Below, piece by piece: positions 28,245-36,988 of a DNA stretch of 64,000 nt. The stretch is taken from NCBI GenBank assembly GCA_016184145.1, contig JACPDF010000023.1, positions 1,229 to 65,228 of the forward strand. The letters run 5' to 3'. The position numbers and the translations under genes were made by a program. The DNA comes from Candidatus Woesearchaeota archaeon (GTDB lineage: Archaea > Nanobdellota > Nanobdellia > Woesearchaeales > GW2011-AR4). The notes beneath the pieces were generated by a model. The model searched no databases and had not been told where the DNA came from. It saw nothing but the letters and a program-made list of their open reading frames with translations. Each line of letters starts with the position of its first letter. Positions within the stretch are counted from its first letter, which is position 1.

Positions 28245-29549
28245 CTAAAGCCCCAAGCTCTCAACAATAATCCTGGGCTCAAATTCCTTTAAATCCTTAT
28301 ATTCCTGGCCAACGCCCAAATACATTATCGGTTTTTTTGTTATGTAGCTTACAGAAATTGCTGCCCCTCCTTTCTCGTCGACATCGGCTTTTGCCAATAT
28401 TAAGCCGTCTATCCCTACAGCATCATTAAAGCTCTGGGCTTGCTCCACGCAGTCATTGCCGGTTATTGATTCCCCGACAAATACCTTTAAATCAGGCTTT
28501 GCAACTCTCATTATCTTCTTCATCTCTTCCATCAGGTTCTGCTGTGAATGCAGTCTTCCGGCTGTATCTATCAAAACAGCATCAGCATTCTTGGCTTTTG
28601 CATGCTTTATTGCATCGAAAGCTACAGCTGCTGGATCAGAGCCGTAATCATGCCTTATCATCTTCACCCCTAATTTGTCTGCATGCTGCTGCAATTGCTC
28701 AATTGAAGCTGCCCTGAAAGTATCGGAAGCTGCGAGGACAACAGAAAGCTTGTTCTGCTTCAGCATGTTTGCGACTTTTGCTATGCTCGTTGTCTTTCCA
28801 GAGCCGTTAATGCCAAAGAATGCAATAACAAACGGCTTTTCGCCTTTATTCTTGATACTTTTTATCAAATTTATTTTATCCACGTTGAATAAATCTTCTA
28901 TGGAGCTTCTTAATGACTCTTTTATTATCTCTTCAACCCTTGTCCTTTTGATGGGCTTCTCAACTAGATTTTTGGACAAGTCATTTTTTATTTTATCTAT
29001 CACTTCCATAGCAACATTATTTTCCATCAGTATCAGCTCAAGCTCGGAAAACAAACTCTCAAACTTCTCCCGGCTTATTTTTGTGGTTGTTATTTTTTCC
29101 GTTATTCTGCTAAAAAAGCCCTTCTTCTTCTCCAATGCCTGCTCTTTAATTTCCTCTTTTATTCCTGCCTGAGGAGCTTGCTCTTCAATAGCAACTTTTT
29201 TTACGTACTCTAATTCCCTTAGCTCTTCCTCAAGTATATTATCTTCTGCATGTTCTTCTTCAGCAGCTTTCTCTTCGCTTATTTTTTCTTTTATTGGCTC
29301 TGTTTTTTCTTTAATTTCCTTTGTTTTTTGAGTTTCCTTTTGAATTATTTTTTCCGTTTCTATTGGCTTTTCCTTGATTATTGGCTTTGTTTTTTCTTCA
29401 GTTTCTACCGTTTTTTCCTTTTTTATTTGCTCTATTGCTGGCTCTATTGGCTTTTCTTTTATTGGCTCCTCTGCCAGCTTTTCTTCTCCTATCTTCCTAG
29501 AAATCTTTGAGATAGCTCCTTTTAGCTTTTCTTTTAAAAATTTGAACAT
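28245..29549 (-). CDS. ftsY: Signal recognition particle receptor FtsY
   Basis: GINGSGKTT, DTFRAA, DTAGR, KADVDEKGG, GVGQ; charged low-complexity N-terminal region. Confidence 0.95.
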   Translation of the reverse strand: MFKFLKEKLKGAISKISRKIGEEKLAEEPIKEKPIEPAIEQIKKEKTVETEEKTKPIIKEKPIETEKIIQKETQKTKEIKEKTEPIKEKISEEKAAEEEHAEDNILEEELRELEYVKKVAIEEQAPQAGIKEEIKEQALEKKKGFFSRITEKITTTKISREKFESLFSELELILMENNVAMEVIDKIKNDLSKNLVEKPIKRTRVEEIIKESLRSSIEDLFNVDKINLIKSIKNKGEKPFVIAFFGINGSGKTTSIAKVANMLKQNKLSVVLAASDTFRAASIEQLQQHADKLGVKMIRHDYGSDPAAVAFDAIKHAKAKNADAVLIDTAGRLHSQQNLMEEMKKIMRVAKPDLKVFVGESITGNDCVEQAQSFNDAVGIDGLILAKADVDEKGGAAISVSYITKKPIMYLGVGQEYKDLKEFEPRIIVESLGL

Positions 29550-29558
29550 CTAAGACAC

Positions 29559-29984
29559 CTATTTGTCCTGCAATGAAGAAGCAATCTTGTTCAGCTCTTC
29601 CTCAAGCTCAGCTGCTTTTGCAGTGCTTATCCCAAGCTCCTGTGAAAGGTTTTCCTGCAGCTTTTTAATCTCGTTAACCTGGTCCTCTATGATATTTTTA
29701 GTGGAAGCCGGACTCTTGCTCAATGCAATATTTGAGCCTACATTGACGATAAACTTGTCGCTTTCCTTTAGGCTTGCCTTTGCATAAATTCCAGCGCTTA
29801 ACGGAACAAGTATCTCTGCACCGGGCTTTATCTTCTCCATGTCATCCAGGCTTTGCTTTGTGGCCATAAGCTCTAAAAGATGGTTCTCTAAAGCAACGCT
29901 TTGCTTCTCAAGCTGCTGTATTGTGTTGCTTAGCACCTGGAATTCAATATAAATCTCCTGAAACCTTTTCTCTTTGTCTTTCAT
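29559..29984 (-). CDS. pfdA: Prefoldin alpha subunit
   Basis: EILVPLSAGIYAKA...VNVGSN hairpins between coiled coils; sits upstream of ftsY. Confidence 0.9.
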   Translation of the reverse strand: MKDKEKRFQEIYIEFQVLSNTIQQLEKQSVALENHLLELMATKQSLDDMEKIKPGAEILVPLSAGIYAKASLKESDKFIVNVGSNIALSKSPASTKNIIEDQVNEIKKLQENLSQELGISTAKAAELEEELNKIASSLQDK

Positions 29985-30961
29985 TTTAGCCTGTTTTTTA
30001 TTTTGGCATAAAGCTTCTCATAAACTACCCCCATCGAGGTGCCTTCATGCTGCCTCTTTATGGTTTCTGCCAGAAGCGGGGCAATAGAAATAACGCTTAT
30101 TTTCTTGATTTTCTTTTCTTTTGGCAGCTCTATAGTGTTTGTGGTTATTATCTCCTTTATGACTGAGTGTTGCAGCCTTTCAACTGCAGGTTCCGACAGC
30201 ACAGGATGCGTTGCAAGCACGTAAACATCCTTTGCGCCATGCTTTTCCAATGTGGAAGCTGCTTTTGTTATTGTTCCTGCTGTGTCTATCATATCATCAA
30301 CTAAAACAGCAGTTTTATCCTTAATGTCCCCAATAACATGCTCGACTGCTGCCACACCATGCTCTGGCCTTCTCTTGTCTATGATAGCTATTGGCGCATG
30401 CAGCACATTCGCCAATGCCCTTGTCCTTGCTACACCGCCAACATCAGGGCTTACAAAAACTATGTTTTTGAGCTTTTTATTCAATATATTCTCTGCATAT
30501 AAAGGTATTAAATCCAGATTGTCTGAAGGTATGTCAAAAAACCCCTGCAATTGGGGAACATGAAGGTCAAATGCCATTACAATATTAACGCCAGCTGTCT
30601 CTATCATCTTTGCTGCTAGCTTTGCGCTTATCGGCTCCCTGGATTTTGCCTTCCTGTCCTGCCTGCTATAGCCAAAATATGGTATTACCGCAGTTATCCT
30701 TGCGGGACTTGATCTTTTTAATGCATCAACTATGATTAAAAGTTCCATTAGGTTCGCATTTACATCAGGGCTTGTAGGCTGTATGATAAAAACATCGCAG
30801 CCCCTTACGCTTTCCAAAACTCTGGCATAAATCTCCCCATCGCTGAATCTATGTATCTCTATTGGAGTCAAAGGCATTTTTAGGTATTTTGACACTTCCA
30901 TAGCCAGGCTTCTGTTCGCAGTCCCGCTTATCAGCTTGATATGCTCCATATTATGCTCCAT
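29981..30961 (-). CDS. prs: Ribose-phosphate pyrophosphokinase
   Basis: FSDGE, PYFGYSRQDRK, DLH, SPDVGG, VDDMIDTAGT. Confidence 0.96.
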   Translation of the reverse strand: MEHNMEHIKLISGTANRSLAMEVSKYLKMPLTPIEIHRFSDGEIYARVLESVRGCDVFIIQPTSPDVNANLMELLIIVDALKRSSPARITAVIPYFGYSRQDRKAKSREPISAKLAAKMIETAGVNIVMAFDLHVPQLQGFFDIPSDNLDLIPLYAENILNKKLKNIVFVSPDVGGVARTRALANVLHAPIAIIDKRRPEHGVAAVEHVIGDIKDKTAVLVDDMIDTAGTITKAASTLEKHGAKDVYVLATHPVLSEPAVERLQHSVIKEIITTNTIELPKEKKIKKISVISIAPLLAETIKRQHEGTSMGVVYEKLYAKIKNRLK

Positions 30962-31034
30962 ATTCTAAAACCCCCTAAAACTGGCATTTAGAACAATGTT
31001 TTGCTTTAAAAAGTTTTGGTTTGGTATTCGTAGA

Positions 31035-31787
31035 CTAAGCCTCACTATCCAATTCCTTATCAATTTCTTTCTTAGAAGCAAGCATTATCTCTATCTCTCC
31101 AAAATGCTCCTGCTGGTGCAAATCCACTTTCCTCTGGGTTGTCAGATGAAGCAAAGGAACAAATGTATACACTTTGTCTTCTTTTGCCTGGGAAGGCGTT
31201 ATTTGGGAAAAAAGCACCTTGTTGCTGTTGTTCTTGTAAAAAAACGATTTTATCCTTCCATAGACATCCCTTATTACCTGCGTCATGTCTCTGGTTTTTT
31301 TGGGCGCTTCCAGGTTCATTGGAGGTATGGAATTTAAAACGCGCCTTCTTTTCACCTCCAGCGCTTTTTCCAGAGCCTCAACAAGATCATATATGGACAC
31401 TTTCCTCTTCCTTGGCTGGGGTGTCCTTGGTATTAAGGGGTATTTTTCCCCTTCCCTTCTTTCAGGCAAAATTTCGTCAAAATCAAGCTCATCAGCCATC
31501 TCTTCTGTTTCTGTGAGCAGCCTGTCAAACTCGGATAAATCTTCATGAAGCAGCCTGCTAGACTTTATTTTGAGCAATATTGCTGCTGCCAGCAGCACTT
31601 TCCCCGATACCCTGAAATCAAGCTCTTTTAATTGCTTTATCCTCTCTATGTACTTCTTTGTAAGCAAACTTACATTAATGTCCCATGGGTCCATCTGCTC
31701 TGTTTTGACAAGCTCATAAACCAGCCTCTGCCACGTAACCTCATCTTCATCATGTATTATCTTGAAGATTCGTTCGTGCGCTTCCAT
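31035..31787 (-). CDS. scpA: Segregation/condensation protein A (kleisin)
   Basis: MDPWDIN, SGKVLLAAAILLKIKS, TFVPLLHL...QQEHFGEI. Confidence 0.9.
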   Translation of the reverse strand: MEAHERIFKIIHDEDEVTWQRLVYELVKTEQMDPWDINVSLLTKKYIERIKQLKELDFRVSGKVLLAAAILLKIKSSRLLHEDLSEFDRLLTETEEMADELDFDEILPERREGEKYPLIPRTPQPRKRKVSIYDLVEALEKALEVKRRRVLNSIPPMNLEAPKKTRDMTQVIRDVYGRIKSFFYKNNSNKVLFSQITPSQAKEDKVYTFVPLLHLTTQRKVDLHQQEHFGEIEIMLASKKEIDKELDSEA

Positions 31788-31832
31788 AAGCAATCTATCG
31801 TGATGCTGCTATTTAAATTTAATGAATAATCA

Positions 31833-31995
31833 GGCTCTGTAGAAAATGTAGGTTAGCAGCCTTAAGGTCGAATTTAATTTAAATGTACATCAAGCTGACA
31901 AGGGGGATGTCCCTTACGGGGAATGTCAGCAATCAAAATACACATAAAAAATTCGAAGCTGCTAACCCGAGCGAAGCGAGATTTTCTACAGAGCC
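31833..31995. mobile_element. 163-bp MITE with a perfect 15-bp TIR and a 9-bp TSD
   Basis: GGCTCTGTAGAAAAT...ATTTTCTACAGAGCC flanked by GAATAATCA (31824-32 and 31996-32004); nested internal IRs. Confidence 0.9.
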
Positions 31996-32052
31996 GAATA
32001 ATCAGCAGACAGAAATTATTGCTTAATCAATTATAAATAATACCGTTTTTTA

Positions 32053-32721
32053 TTATTTCTTCTTAACCGCAAACATAGCATGATCCTTTTGGTATGGCTC
32101 TAAAGTCCTGTAGTCAACAATTGTAACCTCATTTTCCAATTGCTCCCTTACCTCATTGAAAATCTGCTTTGGCTTTCGGGTAACGTCAATGCTTCTTGCC
32201 TTTACAGCCAACAATGCATAGCCGTCTTTTTTCAGGAATGCGCTTATGTTTTTCAGGAATATATCCACCTGGTTTTTTTGCGCAATATCCTGGTAAATAA
32301 CATCAACAATGCTTATCCTTTCCATCAATTCATTAATGTGGTTTGCGCTTTCCAGGATCGGGGCTGTATTTTTCCTTGCTTCCAGGTTAAAAATCAAGTC
32401 GCGCATGACTCTTGGGGCCAAATCAACAGCAAATACAAAGCCATCCTTGCCGACAATATCAGAAACATGGCTTACTGTAGTGCCTGTAGAGCTTCCAAGG
32501 TACAAAACAAAATCATTTTTCCTGATGAAGATATTTTGGCACTTATTCGCTATTAAAGCTGCTAATTTGCTGCTGTAGGGGTCCCATTCCCGGTATTCAA
32601 TATTATTTTGCGTAACTAAGGGCTCTTCATAAACTTTTTTTCCGGGAGTTAAGTTTACTGTAAATAGCTTATTTCTCGCTTTATCCTCGTAAACCTCAAA
32701 TATTTTTGATTTTGATATCAT
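32053..32721 (-). CDS. flpA: Fibrillarin-like rRNA 2'-O-methyltransferase
   Basis: EYREWDP..SKLAA, VLYLGSSTGTTVSHVSDIV, DIAQ, KARSIDVT, LEPYQKDH. Confidence 0.95.
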   Translation of the reverse strand: MISKSKIFEVYEDKARNKLFTVNLTPGKKVYEEPLVTQNNIEYREWDPYSSKLAALIANKCQNIFIRKNDFVLYLGSSTGTTVSHVSDIVGKDGFVFAVDLAPRVMRDLIFNLEARKNTAPILESANHINELMERISIVDVIYQDIAQKNQVDIFLKNISAFLKKDGYALLAVKARSIDVTRKPKQIFNEVREQLENEVTIVDYRTLEPYQKDHAMFAVKKK

Positions 32722-32747
32722 TTTCAATCAAATTCCTATACTCTAAT

Positions 32748-32950
32748 TTTCACAATTATTTGTTATCTCATTATTTTATTGCAAATTTAATCTTTTAAGG
32801 CATTGAAATAAAAATGATATTTATCCTGCGTTTTTGCTATAATCCTTTTTAAAGGCAAAAACGCCGGGTTATATTTCATTTTTTATTTTATTGAATTTTG
32901 ATTTGTTTTGTCAATAATTATTATTGTCAATTTTGTTTATTGGAATTGTT
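32748..32950 (-). repeat. Dispersed repeat family A, copy 3
   Basis: Core GCGTTTTTGC-N17-GCAAAAACGC at 32828-32864; the downstream AATGAGATAA..ATTGTGAAA motif is shared with copy 1. Boundaries approximate. Confidence 0.75.
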
Positions 32951-32961
32951 TTTTCATTGGC

Positions 32962-33918
32962 TTAGTATTCTATCTTAAACTTTTCAATTAATTCCTTCTT
33001 TAATTTGTCTCCGATAAACTTGCCTTTGAAATAATCAACCCTTGCTGCAATGCTTGCCTTGTCGGCTAATGCCCTTGCCACTTTGCCATACATCTCTCTT
33101 TTTGATTTTTGAATTAGCTGATGCTCATGTATGAGCCCAAATTTTGGGGGCCTGTTCTTTTTGTTTCTCATGTGCCTGAACAATGCCTTTTCCGCGCCTA
33201 AAACCTGCAGTGTGGAAGCTGGCATCTCTGCAAGCCTCTTTAAGGAGCCGGTATGCTCTATGAGCTTTGCAGCCATAGCAACTCCAAGAATAGCGGCTAA
33301 ATTAGGGCAGGTTTCCTTTTCCAGCTCCTTAAGATAATTTTCATAATGGGCCCTTAGCGCATAGAGGCTGTTTATTTGCGCTGCGAGGGATAATATTGCA
33401 GAAATGTCCTTTTCCTTTAAATCAGAGCCAATGGAATCCTTTTCGTCAATATCAAACTCATCTAATAACTGCTTTTTTGACTTTTTTGCTATCAATGAGG
33501 AAAATTTCTCATGGTCCCTTATCTTATCGGAAGCCTCAGGGTTATAGAGGGAGTACCATTCCCTTAGCCTTTTTGTCAGTAGATTAAGGGTTTTGTCAAT
33601 TTCCCCGATAGCGCCTGCTGCCTGGACTATAAATAAATCATTATTCACAGACTCCTTTATTGAGTTTTTAGTCAGCTCAAGATTTTTTTTAAGGAATCCA
33701 GGAAAGTATTTCCTGTTTTTGAAGAACAGCAATATGTTGTGAAGGTCATTGTCTTCCGGCTTTGCAAGGTTTCCATGCTTTTGCCTTAGCTTATCCTCAT
33801 ATATTCCCTTTTCTTTAAACTGCCCAATATCCTTGAAAAGTATTTCTTCTACTGCCTTATAGTTTTCTGTAAAGACATAGCTTCCCAAGATGTTGGTAAA
33901 GATGAATTTTGATGGCAT
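32962..33918 (-). CDS. nop5: C/D box RNP subunit Nop5 (Nop56/58)
   Basis: RLREWYS, PNL..ILG, PASTLQVLGAEKALFRH, PKFGLI, GKVARALA. Confidence 0.93.
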   Translation of the reverse strand: MPSKFIFTNILGSYVFTENYKAVEEILFKDIGQFKEKGIYEDKLRQKHGNLAKPEDNDLHNILLFFKNRKYFPGFLKKNLELTKNSIKESVNNDLFIVQAAGAIGEIDKTLNLLTKRLREWYSLYNPEASDKIRDHEKFSSLIAKKSKKQLLDEFDIDEKDSIGSDLKEKDISAILSLAAQINSLYALRAHYENYLKELEKETCPNLAAILGVAMAAKLIEHTGSLKRLAEMPASTLQVLGAEKALFRHMRNKKNRPPKFGLIHEHQLIQKSKREMYGKVARALADKASIAARVDYFKGKFIGDKLKKELIEKFKIEY

Positions 33919-34003
33919 GGGAAATGGTAGATATGGCTAATTTTTAAAGGTTTGTTTGTAAATAAGCACAGCGAAAAATTCAAGTTTTAGGTCAGGAAAG
34001 CCT

Positions 34004-34058
34004 ATGGTAAGTGCAGTCAACACACGTGGAGATTTCCGTGCTAATTGACTGCATCCAT
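34004..34058. repeat. Long hairpin in a divergent promoter region
   Basis: ATGG..TGCAGTCAA..CACG..CGTG..TTGACTGCA.CCAT. Confidence 0.5.
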
Positions 34059-34094
34059 CAAAAAGTTTTTATATAGGCTTATTTTTTTAAGAAT

Positions 34095-34346
34095 ATGGCA
34101 AGAGATTATGTTGTAGAATATGGATTGTTATTACAAGAAACGCTTAGAGGAGCAAAAGTAAGAGCATTTTTTCTAGGATACGGTTCAGAAAGATTAGATA
34201 GTTATCTTAATAGACGAAAACAAAAAATTTGGGTATTTCGGAATGAAGCTTATTTACAAGGACGAGAAATCCATACAAGCGAAAATGTTAAGTTGAATTC
34301 TGAATTATCGGGTTTAGAAGTTAAAGTTATGAGGGTCAAGCTCTAG
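34095..34346 (+). CDS. Hypothetical protein
   Basis: 83-aa ORF with a TATA-like box ~25 nt upstream; no motif. Confidence 0.55.
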   Translation: MARDYVVEYGLLLQETLRGAKVRAFFLGYGSERLDSYLNRRKQKIWVFRNEAYLQGREIHTSENVKLNSELSGLEVKVMRVKL

Positions 34347-34625
34347 TTTGCTTAGTTCTTCTTGCGCGAAGCGCGAGGTATATGTTGGGGCTTTCCATTA
34401 AAAACCCAAAATTGCGACCAATCGTTTTTATGCACGCCCTAAAGAGATGAATGTCAATTCGCGATAATGCCAATAATAAAAACAGAATAGAATTAAAAAC
34501 AACAAAAAACCAATGATATAAACTGATAATAAGCAAAATTATAAAACTGATAATAAATCAAATAAAAAATAATAAACAAGGATAAAACAAATAATTTTAA
34601 ATAAAATAAAAGATTAGCATTTATT

Positions 34626-34931
34626 ATGGCTTTAATATATATAACGTGCAAAGACGAAAAGGAAGCAGTAAAAATTTCAAAACATTTGTTAAAAAAAAGG
34701 CTTATTGCCTGCTCCAATATGCATCCCATAAGGAGCATGTACTGGTGGAAGGGAAAAATTCAGGATGAAAAAGAAGTTACTATCATAGCAAAAACAACAG
34801 AAAAAAATTATGATAAAATTAAGGAGGAGGTTTCTAAGATCCATAGCTATGATGTCCCTTGCATCCTCAAGATTGATGCGGAAGCGAACGAAAGCTATGA
34901 GCAATGGGTTAACAAGGAAGTAAATCAATAA
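34626..34931 (+). CDS. cutA: Divalent-cation tolerance protein CutA
   Basis: RLIACSN..IRSMYWWKGKI..E, HSYDVPCI, YEQW. Confidence 0.93.
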   Translation: MALIYITCKDEKEAVKISKHLLKKRLIACSNMHPIRSMYWWKGKIQDEKEVTIIAKTTEKNYDKIKEEVSKIHSYDVPCILKIDAEANESYEQWVNKEVNQ

Positions 34932-34966
34932 TAAACTATATAAATACCAAATAAAATAAATCCTGC

Positions 34967-36643
34967 ATGGCTTTCCGCATAGTAAAAGATGTAAAGGACA
35001 TAAACAGGCTGAGGGAGATTCTTACAGTCCTGTTTGAGGAAGGCTTTGATTTTATACTGGAAAAAACGAAGCTTAAGCATAAAATACCTCTGACAAAAAG
35101 AGTCAAAGCCAGGATTGAAAAAAAGAAAAAGCATACTATTGAAAAAAGGCTTAGGCTCACACTTGAAAGGCTCGGTCCTACTTTCATCAAGTTCGGGCAA
35201 TTGCTAAGCGTAAGGCCTGATTTAATACCCAAAAGCTACATAAAAGAGCTGGAAATGCTACAGGACAAGGTGCCTGCCTTTTCTTATTCTCTGGTTAGGG
35301 AGCAGATAAAGAAAGAGCTTGGAAAGGAAATAGAGGATATTTTCTCAGGCTTTGACAAAAAGCCTATTGCATCTGCATCGATAAGCCAGGTGCATAAGGC
35401 AGTTTTAAAGGACGGAAGCAAAGTAGCGGTAAAGGTGCAAAGGCCCCATGTCAAGGAGATAATGGAAACTGATATTGACATCATGTTTTATGTTGCAAGG
35501 CTGCTGGAAAAGCATATGCCTAACATAAGGAAATTCAGCCCTGTAGGAGTCGTAGAGGAGTTCTCCAAGTGGACAGAAAAAGAGCTTGACTTCAAGAGGG
35601 AAGCTTTCAATGCGAAGAGGTTTGCAAGAAACTTTGCCAATAGCAAGACGGTAAAAATACCAATGATTTATGATAACTTTACTACTGAAAGAATCCTGGT
35701 GATGGAATTTATAGAGGGCGTAGAGCTGCACAACATCAAGCAGATAAGGAAGGAAAAGATAGACTTAATGCCCCTGATAAACATCGGCTTTGAAGCTATT
35801 TTAACGCAGGTTTTCGTGCATGGGTTCTTCCATGCCGACCCCCACCCGGGAAATATCATAATAATAAAGGACAGGAAAATAGCGTTTGTTGACTTTGGGA
35901 TTGTAGGCCATTTTGATGAAAATCTAAAAAACAAGTCCATAGATCTGTTTTATGGTGTAATTGGCAACGAACCCGGAAAAGTGGTTGATACTTTGGTTGA
36001 ATTAAGCAGAGCTGAGATAGAGAATAAGTACGAGCTGCAGGATGATGTAGGAGAGATTCTGGATTCTTTGCAGAGTTCTGACATAAGCAGGATAAAAGTA
36101 AGCTATGCTCTGGAAGAGGTAATGGATTTGGCTTTAAGCTATGGCTTAAAGATGCCTGCGCCTTTTGTCCTGTTTGGAAAGACCATAATCACATTAGAAG
36201 GCATAGCCCTGGAATATAATCCTGATTTCAGTTTGATTGAGAGCTCAAGGCCTTTCATTGAGAAGCTAATGAGGCAAAGATATAATCCTGTTGCAGTGTT
36301 CAATAGTTTCATGAAGAATATGCTGAAGTTCAGGAAGTTTGCTGATGAATTCCCTGATCAGGCATCAAATGCATTAAAAAGGATAGAGAGGGGAAGCATA
36401 AAGGTAAATATTGAGGATACCAACATAAAAGAGCTTTCAATGGAAATTGACAGGTCTGGAAACAGGGTTGCTTACAGCATGCTTATAGCTGCGCTGCTTA
36501 TTGTAGGAGCTTTAACCATAAATTACGGAAGCCCTGCATTACTGAATTTGCCCCCTATCCCTTTATTCAGCTTCATAGTGGCATTAATCCTGTCATTTGT
36601 TTTGCTGTTCTCTATTTTAAGGGAAAAAGAAATAATAAGGTGA
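34967..36643 (+). CDS. AarF/ABC1/UbiB-family atypical kinase
   Basis: LGPTFIKFGQ (KxGQ), ASASISQVH, VAVKVQRP, HADPHPGN, DFG; two C-terminal TM helices. Confidence 0.93.
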   Translation: MAFRIVKDVKDINRLREILTVLFEEGFDFILEKTKLKHKIPLTKRVKARIEKKKKHTIEKRLRLTLERLGPTFIKFGQLLSVRPDLIPKSYIKELEMLQDKVPAFSYSLVREQIKKELGKEIEDIFSGFDKKPIASASISQVHKAVLKDGSKVAVKVQRPHVKEIMETDIDIMFYVARLLEKHMPNIRKFSPVGVVEEFSKWTEKELDFKREAFNAKRFARNFANSKTVKIPMIYDNFTTERILVMEFIEGVELHNIKQIRKEKIDLMPLINIGFEAILTQVFVHGFFHADPHPGNIIIIKDRKIAFVDFGIVGHFDENLKNKSIDLFYGVIGNEPGKVVDTLVELSRAEIENKYELQDDVGEILDSLQSSDISRIKVSYALEEVMDLALSYGLKMPAPFVLFGKTIITLEGIALEYNPDFSLIESSRPFIEKLMRQRYNPVAVFNSFMKNMLKFRKFADEFPDQASNALKRIERGSIKVNIEDTNIKELSMEIDRSGNRVAYSMLIAALLIVGALTINYGSPALLNLPPIPLFSFIVALILSFVLLFSILREKEIIR

Positions 36644-36648
36644 TGCAG

Positions 36649-36987
36649 ATGAGAGACATAGTAAAGAAAAGCTTTTTGCTTGGCCTGGGGGCTGCAAGCA
36701 TTGCTAAAAAGAAAGCGGAAAAAGCCGTAATGGAGCTTGTCAAAAAAAAGGCAATTTCCAAAAAAGACGGGCAGCAAATGCTTAATACAATAAGGAAGCA
36801 TGCTGCCGATGAAAGCAGAAGAATAGCAAGGTTTGCGGAGCAGGAAGCAGGCAGGATAGCTAAACAGCTTGGAGTTGCTTCAAAAAGCAAAGCCCAGAAA
36901 GCAAAAAAGATGCTAAGGGCAATGGACAGGCAGCTTACAGCAGAAGGGAAAAGAACCTTAAAGAAAATAATTAAGGAATTGGAATAA
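36649..36987 (+). CDS. Phasin-like (granule-associated) basic helical protein
   Basis: DIVKKSFLLGLGAAS..KKKAEKAVMELVKK..IS..DG N-terminus, typical of phasin-like partners of UbiB kinases. Confidence 0.65.
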   Translation: MRDIVKKSFLLGLGAASIAKKKAEKAVMELVKKKAISKKDGQQMLNTIRKHAADESRRIARFAEQEAGRIAKQLGVASKSKAQKAKKMLRAMDRQLTAEGKRTLKKIIKELE

Positions 36988-36988
36988 A

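Noticed and set aside
29150-29500. KEKPIE-type repeats in the FtsY N-terminus
   Set aside because: Charged low-complexity N-terminal regions are a known variable feature of FtsY.
32727-32975. Possible duplicated nop5 tail (KIEY / KLEY) around family-A copy 3
   Set aside because: The similarity is too short and AT-rich to separate from chance.
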